Assembly (NCBI GenBank): GCA_943787795.1
Contig: CALSNU010000001.1
Coordinates: forward strand, 448,001-512,000
Origin: an uncultured bacterium
Lineage (GTDB): Bacteria > Planctomycetota > UBA1135 > GCA-002686595
DNA length: 64,000 nt
Direction of reading: 5' to 3'
Part shown: positions 29,574 through 38,698 of the stretch, piece after piece
Layout: the number at the start of each line of letters is the position of its first letter
How positions within the stretch are numbered: position 1 is the first letter of the stretch
Notes under the pieces: model-generated
Database searches by the model: none
What the model saw: only the letters and a program-made list of their open reading frames with translations
Told to the model about the DNA's origin: nothing
Made by a program: the position numbers and the translations under genes

Positions 29574-29716
29574 CGCAGTGGATCATGGCTCCGTGGGCGA
29601 TGGGATGGAACCCGGGGGGCCCGGGCAAGGGGGCAACGCCCGCCAGTGAGCCTTCATCCGGGACCCCGGGCGGCCGCAGGTTTGGCCGCGGCGGCTCGGT
29701 TCGACATGATCATGGG

Positions 29717-30559
29717 ATGCGTGTCGCAACCCTCGAGATGGATGTCCGGTCGGGAGACCCCGAGGGGAATCTGGAGGCCGCGCTGCGGGGGATTCAGGCA
29801 GCTGCGGATGAGGGGGCAGAGCTCGTGGCGCTCCCGGAGATGTGGTCCACCGGCTTCGCGGCGGGGCTCGGAGAGCCAGAGCTCGGTCTCGGAGAGGCGG
29901 CCCTCGGGGCGGTGGCGGCGGCCTCTGCCTCGCTGGACCTCGTGGTCGTGGGCTCGGGGCCGGCAGCGGTCGAGGTGAGCGGCCTCCCGGCGAATCGGGC
30001 CCACGTGCTGGTGCGCGGGCAGCAGATGGGCGGATACGACAAGGTCCACCTGTTCTCTCCAACGGCCGAGTCGCTCGCCTTCACGGCGGGGGACCGGCCG
30101 CCCGTGCCCACGGAGATGCCGGGGAGCGACGTCCGCATCGCGCCGATCGTCTGCTACGACCTGCGCTTCCCGGCGGTCTCCAAGGCCGCGGTTCGGGCGG
30201 GCGCAGAGGTCCTCGTCGTGGTCGCCCAGTGGCCGGAGGCGAGGGCTGCACACTGGGCCGCTCTGCTGCGCGGCCGGGCGGCGGAGTGCCAGGCGTACGT
30301 GATCGGCTGCAATCGGATCGGTGAGGACGAGGTGGGCCGGAAGCGGCTGCGTCTGCGCTTCCCTGGGGGCTCCGCGGTGGTGGGCCCGGACGGCGAAGAC
30401 GTTGCCCCTGCTCTTCGAGTCGAGGTGGCCGCTGGGCGGCGGCTGGCGTCGCGCCTGTCGGTTCACCAGGTCGACCCCGGAGAGGTACGGAGGCTCCGCC
30501 GAGAGGTCCCGGTGGCCCGGGACGAGCGGCGGGATCGATACGCCGCCTGGCTCAAATAA
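29717..30559 (+). CDS. Carbon-nitrogen hydrolase (nitrilase superfamily, omega-amidase-like)
   Basis: Catalytic Glu-Lys-Cys in LPEMWSTGF, YDKVHLF and VCYDLRFP. Confidence 0.9.
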   Translation: MRVATLEMDVRSGDPEGNLEAALRGIQAAADEGAELVALPEMWSTGFAAGLGEPELGLGEAALGAVAAASASLDLVVVGSGPAAVEVSGLPANRAHVLVRGQQMGGYDKVHLFSPTAESLAFTAGDRPPVPTEMPGSDVRIAPIVCYDLRFPAVSKAAVRAGAEVLVVVAQWPEARAAHWAALLRGRAAECQAYVIGCNRIGEDEVGRKRLRLRFPGGSAVVGPDGEDVAPALRVEVAAGRRLASRLSVHQVDPGEVRRLRREVPVARDERRDRYAAWLK

Positions 30560-30561
30560 AA

Positions 30562-30607
30562 GACCCCGCCAGGTCCTCGAGAGGACTCGGCGGGGTCACC
30601 CTTTTTT
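30562..30607. terminator. Probable bidirectional intrinsic terminator
   Basis: GACCCCGCC..GTCCTC-GA-GAGGAC..GGCGGGGTC hairpin, with TAAAA before it and a T-run shortly after, between convergent genes. Confidence 0.75.
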
Positions 30608-30732
30608 CTCGGCATGCGCGGCGGAGCGCGCGGCCTACACCTGCCGCGGGTGGCGATGAGCCGCCGCGATCGGTGATGCGTTGGTGGTCATGCCGTCACC
30701 GCTGGAGCGCTCGGCGGGGGTGGACCATCGCC

Positions 30733-31332
30733 TCAGAGCGGCGGGAGCTTCTTGCGCTCCAGCGGGCGGCTCTTGTCTCGCTTGCGATGCTCGCCCGGGG
30801 CGGGGACGGGGACGTGTGCGGCGGCCGGGCTCCAGAGCTGGTGGGCCAGCTTGCTGGCCTTCGACCTGCGGTTGACCGGTGCCCGATCGAGGACGCGGCC
30901 GCCTCGGCTGGAGAGCCAGCTCTCGAGCTGGTCGGCTGTGTTGGAGACGAAGACCGTGCGAGGGGTCTTGACCTCGCACGGGATAGCTCCGCTGGCCAGG
31001 ATCGAACCGGCGAGGGTCCGGTAGAGGACCTCGACGTAGACGTCCTTGGCGGTGCCAGCCACGATCGGAAAGAGCACCTCCGTATGGGGGGGCAGGCGGA
31101 GGACGCGCTGCATCCCGGACTCATCGCTCTGGAAGACGAGCCACTGATCGCTGGAGGTGTGACTTCGGGCAGCAAAGTGGGTCGGGGTGAACTGGAGGCA
31201 GGTCGGTACTTCGGAGCTTGCGATCGCCGGCGGGATCGTGTCGAAGGTCGGGACCTGGGCGGCGCCTGGGGCGGCGGGGACGCTGGCGGCGGGGAGGCCG
31301 GCGGCGACGAGGGTGAGGAGCGCGGGGAGCAT
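30733..31332 (-). CDS. Secreted hypothetical protein with basic Pro-rich C-terminal tail
   Basis: Signal peptide MLPALLTLVAAGLPAASVPA, beta-rich core, tail HVPVPAPGEHRKRDKSRPLERKKLPPL. Confidence 0.6.
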   Translation of the reverse strand: MLPALLTLVAAGLPAASVPAAPGAAQVPTFDTIPPAIASSEVPTCLQFTPTHFAARSHTSSDQWLVFQSDESGMQRVLRLPPHTEVLFPIVAGTAKDVYVEVLYRTLAGSILASGAIPCEVKTPRTVFVSNTADQLESWLSSRGGRVLDRAPVNRRSKASKLAHQLWSPAAAHVPVPAPGEHRKRDKSRPLERKKLPPL

Positions 31333-31443
31333 GGCTTGCCGCCTGTATCGACCCTCGGCGACGAGGCCTTGAGGGCTCGCGCGCGCTCCTTAGAAAAATC
31401 TTCCGGTCGCGGTCGGGCGAGCCGTGGGCGGCGGCGCTGGTGC

Positions 31444-34194
31444 TCAGGGGGTGCCGAGGAGGCGGAGCGCCGCCGAATCGGCGAGCGGCGCCCCAGCCGC
31501 CGCGAGGGCGCACCGGGCGCGCCGCAGGGCCTCGGCTGGGCTGGCTCCGTTCCTCAAGGCGCCGTGGAACGCGATCGACGCGGCCCGGCCGTGACGGTCG
31601 GAAAGGGGCCACCCGGTCACCACCGTCGCGCGTGTCCCGCTGTCGAGGGCAGCCTGGGCCAGGCCTCGAGTGGAGAGCCCATCGATCGAACGACCGGCGG
31701 CGGAATCGCACGTCGCCAGGACGAGCAGTGGGAGGCGTGGCCGGACGGCGGCCAGCTCGGCGGCGGAGACGACCTCGTCCTTGGACGCGAGGAGCCCGAG
31801 CGGCGCGATCTCGGATCGGTCGCCGCGGCGCAGGGCGTGGGTCGCCACGTGTACGGGGCGCCCTCCGCCGAGGGCGTCGAGCAGGCGCGCGGCGGTGAAG
31901 GCGTGCCCCGTGACCGACTCGAACCCGGGGTGCAGCCGCTCCAGGTCGCGTAGCTCCCGGCGCGCCCACTTGAGGTCGGCGGCGGCGGTGTTCTCGGGAG
32001 CGCCGAGTGCGGTCCAGCGAGCGGTCCTGCCGTTGATGGGCGGAGGGAGCGTCTGTGCGTCGCGGAGTTGATCCACGACCGTGAGCGCCGTGTGGTATCC
32101 GAGCGCATTCCCGGGCGTTCCGGTGGCGAGGAGCTCGAAGCAGATGCCCTCGAGGGCACCGTGGGGGAGGAGAGCGAGGCTCGGCGCGGGAGCCGCCGGT
32201 GCGCGGCGCTCCCAGTCCTTCAGGGCTGCGTCCAGGGAGGCCGGGAGCAACGCGAGCGAGAGCTCGTCCAGGAGGCCGCCAGGCCGGTCATCGGGGGCGC
32301 CCGCAGGGCGGTCATGGGACGAGCGCTCCGCGTGGCTCCGTCCCGCGAGGAGCGCCTGACGGAGCCGGTCTCGGGCGCGGGTGAGCTCCTGCCGCCCGCG
32401 GGGAATCTCCTCGGCTGCGGCGGTCCCATCCGGTCGCACGTGGACGACCAGGGACTGGTCTGCCCCCACGATCCAGGTCAGTGCGCCGAGGTCCTGGCGG
32501 GCCGCCAGGGCGAGGATGCGTGAGCGGGCTTGCTCGAGGGTGCAGGCCGCGTGAGCAGCCTCGATCGTCGCGGCTGCGAGCAACGGTTCACCGGAGGCCA
32601 CGCGGGCGCGGGCGAGGAGCTCGACCGTGGTGAGCCCGAGCCATTCGCCCACGGCGCTCCCGCCCCGTAGCTCACCCTCTGCATGCTGCCAGCGTGCGGC
32701 GTCGCGGGCGCGCGCCTGATCGAAGGCGCGCTGCAGGGGGACCAAGGCCTCGTCGGTCCGCCCCATGGCGAGGAGCGCCTGGCCACGCAGGGCGAGGACC
32801 TCCACGCGGCCGAGGTCTCCCTCGCCCGTGGGGAGCGGGCGCGCGGCCAGGAGCTCAAGGGCTGCGGCCGGCGCGCCCCGATCCACGAGGAGAGCCGCCT
32901 CGGTCAAGTTCAAGAGGCCCGCGCGGTCGTCGCCGGGCGCTCGGCGCGCCTGCTCAAGGGCCAGCGCTGCCCTGCCCAGGGCGCCAGCCCGCACCAGCGC
33001 GGCCGCCTGCAGGGCGCGCCATTCCCCCGTCGCCGCGGCCAGATCGATCTCGGGGTCGAGGCCGGAGGGGGGGAAGGACTCGAGGAGCTCAAGCGCTCGG
33101 TCCGGGCGGTCCCCGGAGAGGCGCTGCGCGGCGAGCTCGCGGGTCAGCGCCCAGCAATGGGCGGGGTGGCGGAAGGTGGCCAGCTCCTCCAGGGCTGCCG
33201 AGGCCGCGAACGGAGCGCCGCTCTCGCGGGAGACGCCCACGAGCCCGAGCAGGGCGCGTTCGCGCCAGCGGGGTTGCTGGACCCCCTCGGCGAGGTCCGC
33301 GAGGTCTCGGAAGACCTGCTCTGCCTCCAGGAGCTCACCGCGGGCCAGCGCGACGCGAGCGCGCACCCAGAGCGGCTCAAGCTGTGGGGGCCGCTGGCCC
33401 GTCCGGGCGAACCAGCGGAGCGCGAGTCGCGCGTGTCCATCCGCCCGCTCTGCGAGGTCGGCGCGGCGGCTCGTGTCCGACCAGGCCTGCTCCACCAGGC
33501 GAACCTCGATCCGCGAGAGGAGCGCGGCGGTACGGGCGGCAGCCGTGACGTCGGCCGCCTGCCGAGCCTCTGCCAGCAGGAGCTCGAGGGCCGTCATGAC
33601 GGTCTCCCCGGGGCCGCCATCGCCGAGCTCCTCCGCCTGAGCCTTTGCCCGCACGAGGTCGAAGCGGGCCTCGAGGCGCCGGCCTTCGCGGCGCGCACCC
33701 GGGTCCAGCTGGATGTAGTAGCGCGCCACGCGGACGGCGTCTTCGCGCTGGAACCGGGTCGCGAGCTCGGTCGCGACCTGCAGGAGCGGAGCCTCGGCGT
33801 CGAGGCTCCCGCCCCTCACCTCGTCGAGGGTTCGGATGTAACGCTCGATCAGCTGCTCGTAGCTGGCGTCCGGCGCGATGGCGGCTGGACTGTCGCTCGG
33901 TGGCGAGGCGGGCCGCCCGGTGACGGCTGCGGGCGCTCCGAGGAACGCGGCGCAGGCGATCGCGATGAACGCCAGGTGGCCCCGCCGGGGGGCGGCTGGC
34001 CGGGGAGGCCCCTGCTGCGGTGGAAGATCCTGCTGCGGTGGAAGATCCTGCTGCGGGGGGAGGTCCTTCTGCCGGGCAGGGTCCTGCCGCTGCGGGAGCG
34101 AGAGTCGCCGCGGGCTGAGGCTGGGTGAGCAGCCAGAGCGGAGTTCAAGAGGGGAGCCTGCCGGGACCGCCGTGCGATCGGCCGCCAGGCTCAC
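31444..34194 (-). CDS. TPR-like + CHAT (caspase HetF associated with TPRs) protease with N-terminal hydrophobic signal/anchor
   Basis: CHAT motifs LLPHGALEGICFELL, HVATHA (His ~31837), LVLATCDSAAG (Cys ~31708), GLAQAALDSG..VVTGWPLSD and AEALRRAR. Ala/Leu/Arg helical repeats upstream. Hydrophobic segment LAFIAIACAAFLGAPAAV. Confidence 0.85.
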   Translation of the reverse strand: MSLAADRTAVPAGSPLELRSGCSPSLSPRRLSLPQRQDPARQKDLPPQQDLPPQQDLPPQQGPPRPAAPRRGHLAFIAIACAAFLGAPAAVTGRPASPPSDSPAAIAPDASYEQLIERYIRTLDEVRGGSLDAEAPLLQVATELATRFQREDAVRVARYYIQLDPGARREGRRLEARFDLVRAKAQAEELGDGGPGETVMTALELLLAEARQAADVTAAARTAALLSRIEVRLVEQAWSDTSRRADLAERADGHARLALRWFARTGQRPPQLEPLWVRARVALARGELLEAEQVFRDLADLAEGVQQPRWRERALLGLVGVSRESGAPFAASAALEELATFRHPAHCWALTRELAAQRLSGDRPDRALELLESFPPSGLDPEIDLAAATGEWRALQAAALVRAGALGRAALALEQARRAPGDDRAGLLNLTEAALLVDRGAPAAALELLAARPLPTGEGDLGRVEVLALRGQALLAMGRTDEALVPLQRAFDQARARDAARWQHAEGELRGGSAVGEWLGLTTVELLARARVASGEPLLAAATIEAAHAACTLEQARSRILALAARQDLGALTWIVGADQSLVVHVRPDGTAAAEEIPRGRQELTRARDRLRQALLAGRSHAERSSHDRPAGAPDDRPGGLLDELSLALLPASLDAALKDWERRAPAAPAPSLALLPHGALEGICFELLATGTPGNALGYHTALTVVDQLRDAQTLPPPINGRTARWTALGAPENTAAADLKWARRELRDLERLHPGFESVTGHAFTAARLLDALGGGRPVHVATHALRRGDRSEIAPLGLLASKDEVVSAAELAAVRPRLPLLVLATCDSAAGRSIDGLSTRGLAQAALDSGTRATVVTGWPLSDRHGRAASIAFHGALRNGASPAEALRRARCALAAAGAPLADSAALRLLGTP
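34011..34090. repeat. 18-bp tandem repeat encoding QQDLPP-like units (~4 copies)
   Basis: CCTGCTGCGGTGGAAGAT x2 exact plus two degenerate copies. Confidence 0.85.
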
Positions 34195-35411
34195 TGGTCC
34201 TCGGCGAGATAGGCAGCTCGCGCGGCCCCGGGGGCGAGGTCCCTGGCTCGGTGGCGTGCGTCCGAGAGGAACCCAGCGGAGTGAAGGCGCCGAACATCCT
34301 CACGGGTGGAGCGGGATCCAGCGTTGGCGCCCGACGCGCCGGAGGTGAGGCGGGCGTCCTCCGCGGGAAGGACCACGAACGAGAGGTCCCCGAGGTCGCG
34401 CTCGACGCCGTTGACGGTGGCCCAGGCAGACCATTCATAGGTGCCGGCCTCGAGACGGTCCGCTGTGGCGTTCCGCGAGGTGGACTCGGCGGTCCAGACG
34501 GTGTTGCCCTCGTCAAAGGCGCCGCCTGAATTGAGCCTCAGCTCGAACCGGTACCGCTCGGCGCCCGGGACCGAGGCGACCTCGAAGAGGGGACGGGCGG
34601 CGTAGGTCGCCAGCCCCTCCACCGGTGCAAGGACACGTCCACGGGGGAAGAGCAGCGCTTCTGAACTCGAGCTGCGGAGCACGGGTGACTCGGGCAGTCC
34701 GCCGTCGAGGGCGTTGGTGGGGCCGGTGCGATCCGCCAGCATGGCGATCATCAGGGCGGCAGCCGCAGCGGGGACCCACTTGACCCAGGGGGCCAGGCCC
34801 CGGGGAGCACGGCGCTCATGTTGTCCAGCGGCGGACCCCGTCGCGCCCTCCGAACTCCGGAGTGAGCGGTCGCTGGCGGCGCGTGTCGGGAGGTCCTCGA
34901 CCCGCTGCAGCGGAGGCGCCCCGGCGCGTGGCCCGGGGAGTTGAACGGGGGGGAAGCGGTGGATCGGGCCGACGTTACGGGGGGCGGGGATCGGGTCGGA
35001 GAGCCGCTGCGTCCAGCGCGCCTCCTCGGGGTGATCCGCGAGGAACGCCTCGACCTCCTGGCGGCGCCGCTCGGGGAGCGGCTCCGAGCCTCGACCGTTG
35101 CCGAAGCGATAGAGGTCATCCGCCGAGACGTTGCGGTCTTCGCGGTGAGCGCCGCCGCCCTGGGCCTCGCCGCTGTTGCTCTCGGCCACGGCTGATTCGA
35201 GCCACAGGTCCACCTCTCGGAGCCGGTCCAGGATCTGCCGCGCGGCGGGATGGCTCTCGATCTCGTCGAGACGATCGCTCTCCAGTTCATCGAAGCGCGC
35301 GATAGCCTCCAGCGTCGCCTCGTCCTCGTGGATGGGCAGGGTGATCCCCGGGCGGGGAGCACCGGAGGCGACCGTGGACGGGTCGTCCTGGGGCTGATCG
35401 TTGGGAGACAT
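34191..35411 (-). CDS. Putative anti-sigma factor (degenerate ASD-like N-terminus, single TM, FN3/Ig-like extracytoplasmic domain)
   Basis: Directly downstream of an ECF sigma. VSADDLYRF..L...RRQEVEAFLADHPE resembles zf-HC2 without the Cys ligands. TM WVPAAAAALMIAMLA. C-terminal LLFPRG..RPLFE..VPGAERYRFEL..LEAGTYEWSA. Confidence 0.62.
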   Translation of the reverse strand: MSPNDQPQDDPSTVASGAPRPGITLPIHEDEATLEAIARFDELESDRLDEIESHPAARQILDRLREVDLWLESAVAESNSGEAQGGGAHREDRNVSADDLYRFGNGRGSEPLPERRRQEVEAFLADHPEEARWTQRLSDPIPAPRNVGPIHRFPPVQLPGPRAGAPPLQRVEDLPTRAASDRSLRSSEGATGSAAGQHERRAPRGLAPWVKWVPAAAAALMIAMLADRTGPTNALDGGLPESPVLRSSSSEALLFPRGRVLAPVEGLATYAARPLFEVASVPGAERYRFELRLNSGGAFDEGNTVWTAESTSRNATADRLEAGTYEWSAWATVNGVERDLGDLSFVVLPAEDARLTSGASGANAGSRSTREDVRRLHSAGFLSDARHRARDLAPGAARAAYLAEDQ

Positions 35412-35500
35412 CGTTTGGAGTCCGTGGAGCGTGGTCGCAGGGGGGCTGGATCTTCGGAGCCAGGATCTTTGGAGTCAGGCCTCGGCAGCGAGGCGAGCGC

Positions 35501-36085
35501 TCAGATTTCCGTCAGCGCCTCTTCATGGGCGAAGTTGTGGACCAGCACGCGGCGGAGGCTGATGGTCGCCCTCCGGAGGCGGTACTTGGTCTGTTCCAGG
35601 GAGATGGCCTGGCGGCGGGCGATCTCGCCCAGGGTCTCTCCCTGCACGAACCGCAGGTCGAGGAGGGAGCGCTCCTCCGTGGAGAGCTCGTCGAGGGCTT
35701 CGCGCACCACGCCGCCCACCTCGGAGATCCCGGCCATCTCGGAGGGGCCAGGGCTCTCGTCCGGCCGGTCAGGGATCTCCTCCCCGGCGCTCTTCATGCG
35801 GGGCCGGCCGCTGGCGTTGTCCCTGCGCTTCAGATCCACGCAGCGGCACCACGCGACCCTGTAGAGCCATGTGCCGAAGGACCCGCGGTCCGCGTTGAAC
35901 GCGTCGCGATCCAGCCGCTCCAGGACGAACAACACGATGTCCTGGTAGCGGTCCTCCCGCGCGACCGCGTCGGATTCGAAATGTCCGATGCAGTGGTGGA
36001 GCAATGACTTGTAGCGTTCAAGGAACGCTGTCACTGCGGCCTCTCGCCGTGCGCGGAGGCCCTCGATGAGGGCGAGGTCGTCCAA
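35501..36085 (-). CDS. ECF (group 4) sigma-70 factor
   Basis: Region 2 REDRYQDIVL..FGTWLYRVAWCRCVDLKRR and region 4 LSTEERSLLDLRFVQGETLGEIA..TKYRLRRA. TTG start. Confidence 0.92.
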   Translation of the reverse strand: MDDLALIEGLRARREAAVTAFLERYKSLLHHCIGHFESDAVAREDRYQDIVLFVLERLDRDAFNADRGSFGTWLYRVAWCRCVDLKRRDNASGRPRMKSAGEEIPDRPDESPGPSEMAGISEVGGVVREALDELSTEERSLLDLRFVQGETLGEIARRQAISLEQTKYRLRRATISLRRVLVHNFAHEEALTEI

Positions 36086-36136
36086 GGGATTGGGAAGGGG
36101 ACCCCTGCGGCCGCGGCGCCCTCCCTCCGTACCCCG

Positions 36137-36163
36137 AGATAGAGAAGCGTCTAGCGCGTTGCA
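36137..36163 (-). promoter_or_regulatory. Possible ECF-type autoregulatory promoter (TGCAAC-N16-TATCT)
   Basis: AAC-containing -35-like hexamer and a 16-nt spacer about 50 nt upstream of the sigma start. Pattern match only. Confidence 0.25.
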
Positions 36164-36501
36164 ATGGGCGAGCCTCGGTCGTGGGCGATGCGCGCCGTTG
36201 TCGGCGTTAGTCTATGCGAAGAAGTGGTTTATGGAATTGAGACTTGTCGTCTCGGAGGTCTCGGGGGGCCCGCTGCCGCCCCTCGTGTCCCGGCGCCAGG
36301 GGGGGACCTTCGATCAGTTCCCCCGGTCCTGGTCCTGTCGCGGAGGGGGGGTCCCCGCTTAGACTGTTCGCCCAAACTCCCGCCCGGGAGGACGGGATCG
36401 CGGGGACAGCCCCGCGTTTCGGGAAGTCTCGCGTCCCGCGACGTCCCCGGGTGATCTCGATCGCCACCGCGGATTCGTCCGCCCTGCCACGCCCCATCCT
36501 C

Positions 36502-37683
36502 ATGACCGAAGTCGTCCTCCTCAGCGCGGCGCGCTCCCCGATCGGAAAGTTCCAGGGGGGCCTCGCTGGCTTCCGTGCGCCCGAGCTTGGGGCCTTGGCG
36601 GTGGCGGAGGCGATCCGTCGAGCGGGCATCGAGAGCTCGTCCGTGGAGGAGGTCATCATGGGGAACGTGCTGCAGGCCGGCCTCGGGCAGAACCCCGCCC
36701 GCCAGGCGGCCCGTGGCGCCGGCGTCCCCGACGAGGTGGGGAGCATGACCATCAACAAGGTCTGCGGCTCGGGGCTGAAGTCCGTGATGCTCGCGGCGCA
36801 GGCGATCCGCGCTGGTGATGCCCACTGCCTCGTGGCCGGCGGGATGGAGTCGATGTCGAACTCGCCCTACCTGCTCCCCGACGCGCGGACGGGCATGCGG
36901 TTGGGCCACAGCGAGGTGGTGGACTCCATGGTCCATGACGGGCTGTGGGACATCTACAACGACTTCCACATGGGCATGACCGGGGAAAAGGTGGCGACTG
37001 AGCTCGACGTCTCCCGTGAAGCCCAGGACGCCTTCGCCGCCGAGAGCCACCGCAAGGCGGCCGAGGCGCGCGACGCGGGGCGCTTCGACGCCGAGAAGTT
37101 CGCGGTGACGATCAAGCCGCGCAAGGGAGACCCCTTTGACTTCACCGATGACGAGACCATCCGTGAGGGGATGACGGCGGACTCCATCAGCGGAATGCGA
37201 CCGGCCTTCGCGAAGGACGGCACGGTGACCGCGGCCAACGCCTCTGCCATCAACGATGGCTCCGCCGCGCTCGTGGTCGCGAGCGCCGACTTCGCCGCGA
37301 CCCACGGTCTCAAGCCCCTCGCCAAGGTGACCCACTACGCCACGGGTGGGTGCGCGCCGGAGTGGGTGATGATGGCCCCTGAGCGCTCCATCAACAAGGC
37401 TGCGGACATGGCTGGGCGGAAGCCCGCGGACTTCGATCTGCACGAGATCAACGAGGCCTTCTCCGCCGCTGCCGTGGCCCTCACGCGCAAGCTGGACCTC
37501 GACCCGACGCGGGTCAACGTCAACGGCGGGGCTGTGGCCCTCGGGCACCCGATCGGCGCCTCCGGGGCCCGTATCTTGACGACCTTGCTCAGCGCGATGG
37601 AGCAGCGCGACGCCGGCACCGGCATGGCCTCTCTTTGCCTCGGCGGCGGGAACGCCGTCTCGCTCTCCGTCGAGCGCGTTTGA
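36502..37683 (+). CDS. Acetyl-CoA C-acetyltransferase (thiolase)
   Basis: [19 protein letters not shown] and CLGGG motifs. Confidence 0.95.
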   Translation: MTEVVLLSAARSPIGKFQGGLAGFRAPELGALAVAEAIRRAGIESSSVEEVIMGNVLQAGLGQNPARQAARGAGVPDEVGSMTINKVCGSGLKSVMLAAQAIRAGDAHCLVAGGMESMSNSPYLLPDARTGMRLGHSEVVDSMVHDGLWDIYNDFHMGMTGEKVATELDVSREAQDAFAAESHRKAAEARDAGRFDAEKFAVTIKPRKGDPFDFTDDETIREGMTADSISGMRPAFAKDGTVTAANASAINDGSAALVVASADFAATHGLKPLAKVTHYATGGCAPEWVMMAPERSINKAADMAGRKPADFDLHEINEAFSAAAVALTRKLDLDPTRVNVNGGAVALGHPIGASGARILTTLLSAMEQRDAGTGMASLCLGGGNAVSLSVERV

Positions 37684-37718
37684 GGTCCGGGCCCACTCAC
37701 AAGCCAAAGGAAACGAAC

Positions 37719-38582
37719 ATGAGCAGCAACGATCTCTTCGAGCGAGTCGCCGTCATCGGCGCAGGGACCATGGGGAACGGCATCGCGCAGGTGTTCGCCT
37801 CGTGCGGGAGCGAGGTGACTCTCGTGGACGTGAATGGCGAGGCCCTCGAGCGCGGCGTGGCCGCGATCGGTAAGAGCCTCGCGCGGGTCGTCAAGAAGGA
37901 GCGCATGTCCCAGGAGGACGCGGACGCCGCCATGGCGCGCATCTCTCGTTCGACCCGTCTCGAGGACCTCACGGATCGTGAGCTCATCGTCGAGGCCGTG
38001 TCGGAGCGGGCTGACCTGAAGGCCAAGGTCTTCGGGACCCTCGATAAGGTCGCGCCGGCCTCGACGATCCTCGCGTCCAACACCTCATCGATCTCCATCA
38101 CGGAGATCGCGGCGGTGACGGGGCGCGCGGACAAGGTCATCGGCATGCACTTCATGAACCCGGTCCCCGTCATGAAGCTGGTGGAGGTCATCCGCGGCCA
38201 GGAGACCAGCGACGAGACCACCGACGCCGTGATGCGCGCGAGCCGCGCCCTCGGCAAGGAGCCGGTCGAGGCCAACGACTACCCCGGGTTCGTCTCCAAC
38301 CGGGTCCTCATGCCCATGATCAACGAGGCGGTCTTCTGCCTCATGGAGGGCGTCGCGACCAAGGAAGGCATCGACACGGTCATGAAGCTCGGCATGGCGC
38401 ACCCGATGGGCCCCCTGACGCTCGCTGACCTCATCGGCCTGGATGTGTGCCTCGACATCCTCGAGGTCCTGCACCGAGGGCTCGGGGACGACAAGTACCG
38501 GCCATGCCCCCTGCTGCGACGGATGGTCGCCGCCGGTCGTCTCGGGAGGAAGTCCGGGAAGGGCTTCTACGACTACGAGTGA
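37719..38582 (+). CDS. hbd: 3-hydroxybutyryl-CoA dehydrogenase
   Basis: [31 protein letters not shown] and [11 protein letters not shown]-like AAGGA upstream. Confidence 0.93.
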   Translation: MSSNDLFERVAVIGAGTMGNGIAQVFASCGSEVTLVDVNGEALERGVAAIGKSLARVVKKERMSQEDADAAMARISRSTRLEDLTDRELIVEAVSERADLKAKVFGTLDKVAPASTILASNTSSISITEIAAVTGRADKVIGMHFMNPVPVMKLVEVIRGQETSDETTDAVMRASRALGKEPVEANDYPGFVSNRVLMPMINEAVFCLMEGVATKEGIDTVMKLGMAHPMGPLTLADLIGLDVCLDILEVLHRGLGDDKYRPCPLLRRMVAAGRLGRKSGKGFYDYE

Positions 38583-38698
38583 CCGGTGCGGCAAAGAACC
38601 CCGGCCAGTGCTGGGGTTGACGGCGCAAACGGCCGATCTACTCAACTGACTCTACGCCGCTCTCTAGCGGCCCCTAGCAACACGCCTCCAAGATCGTC

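Noticed and set aside
30733..36085. Type III-E CRISPR (Craspase) interpretation of CHAT + sigma
   Set aside because: No Cas7-11, cas1 or repeat-spacer array in the window, and the CHAT protein has a hydrophobic leader.
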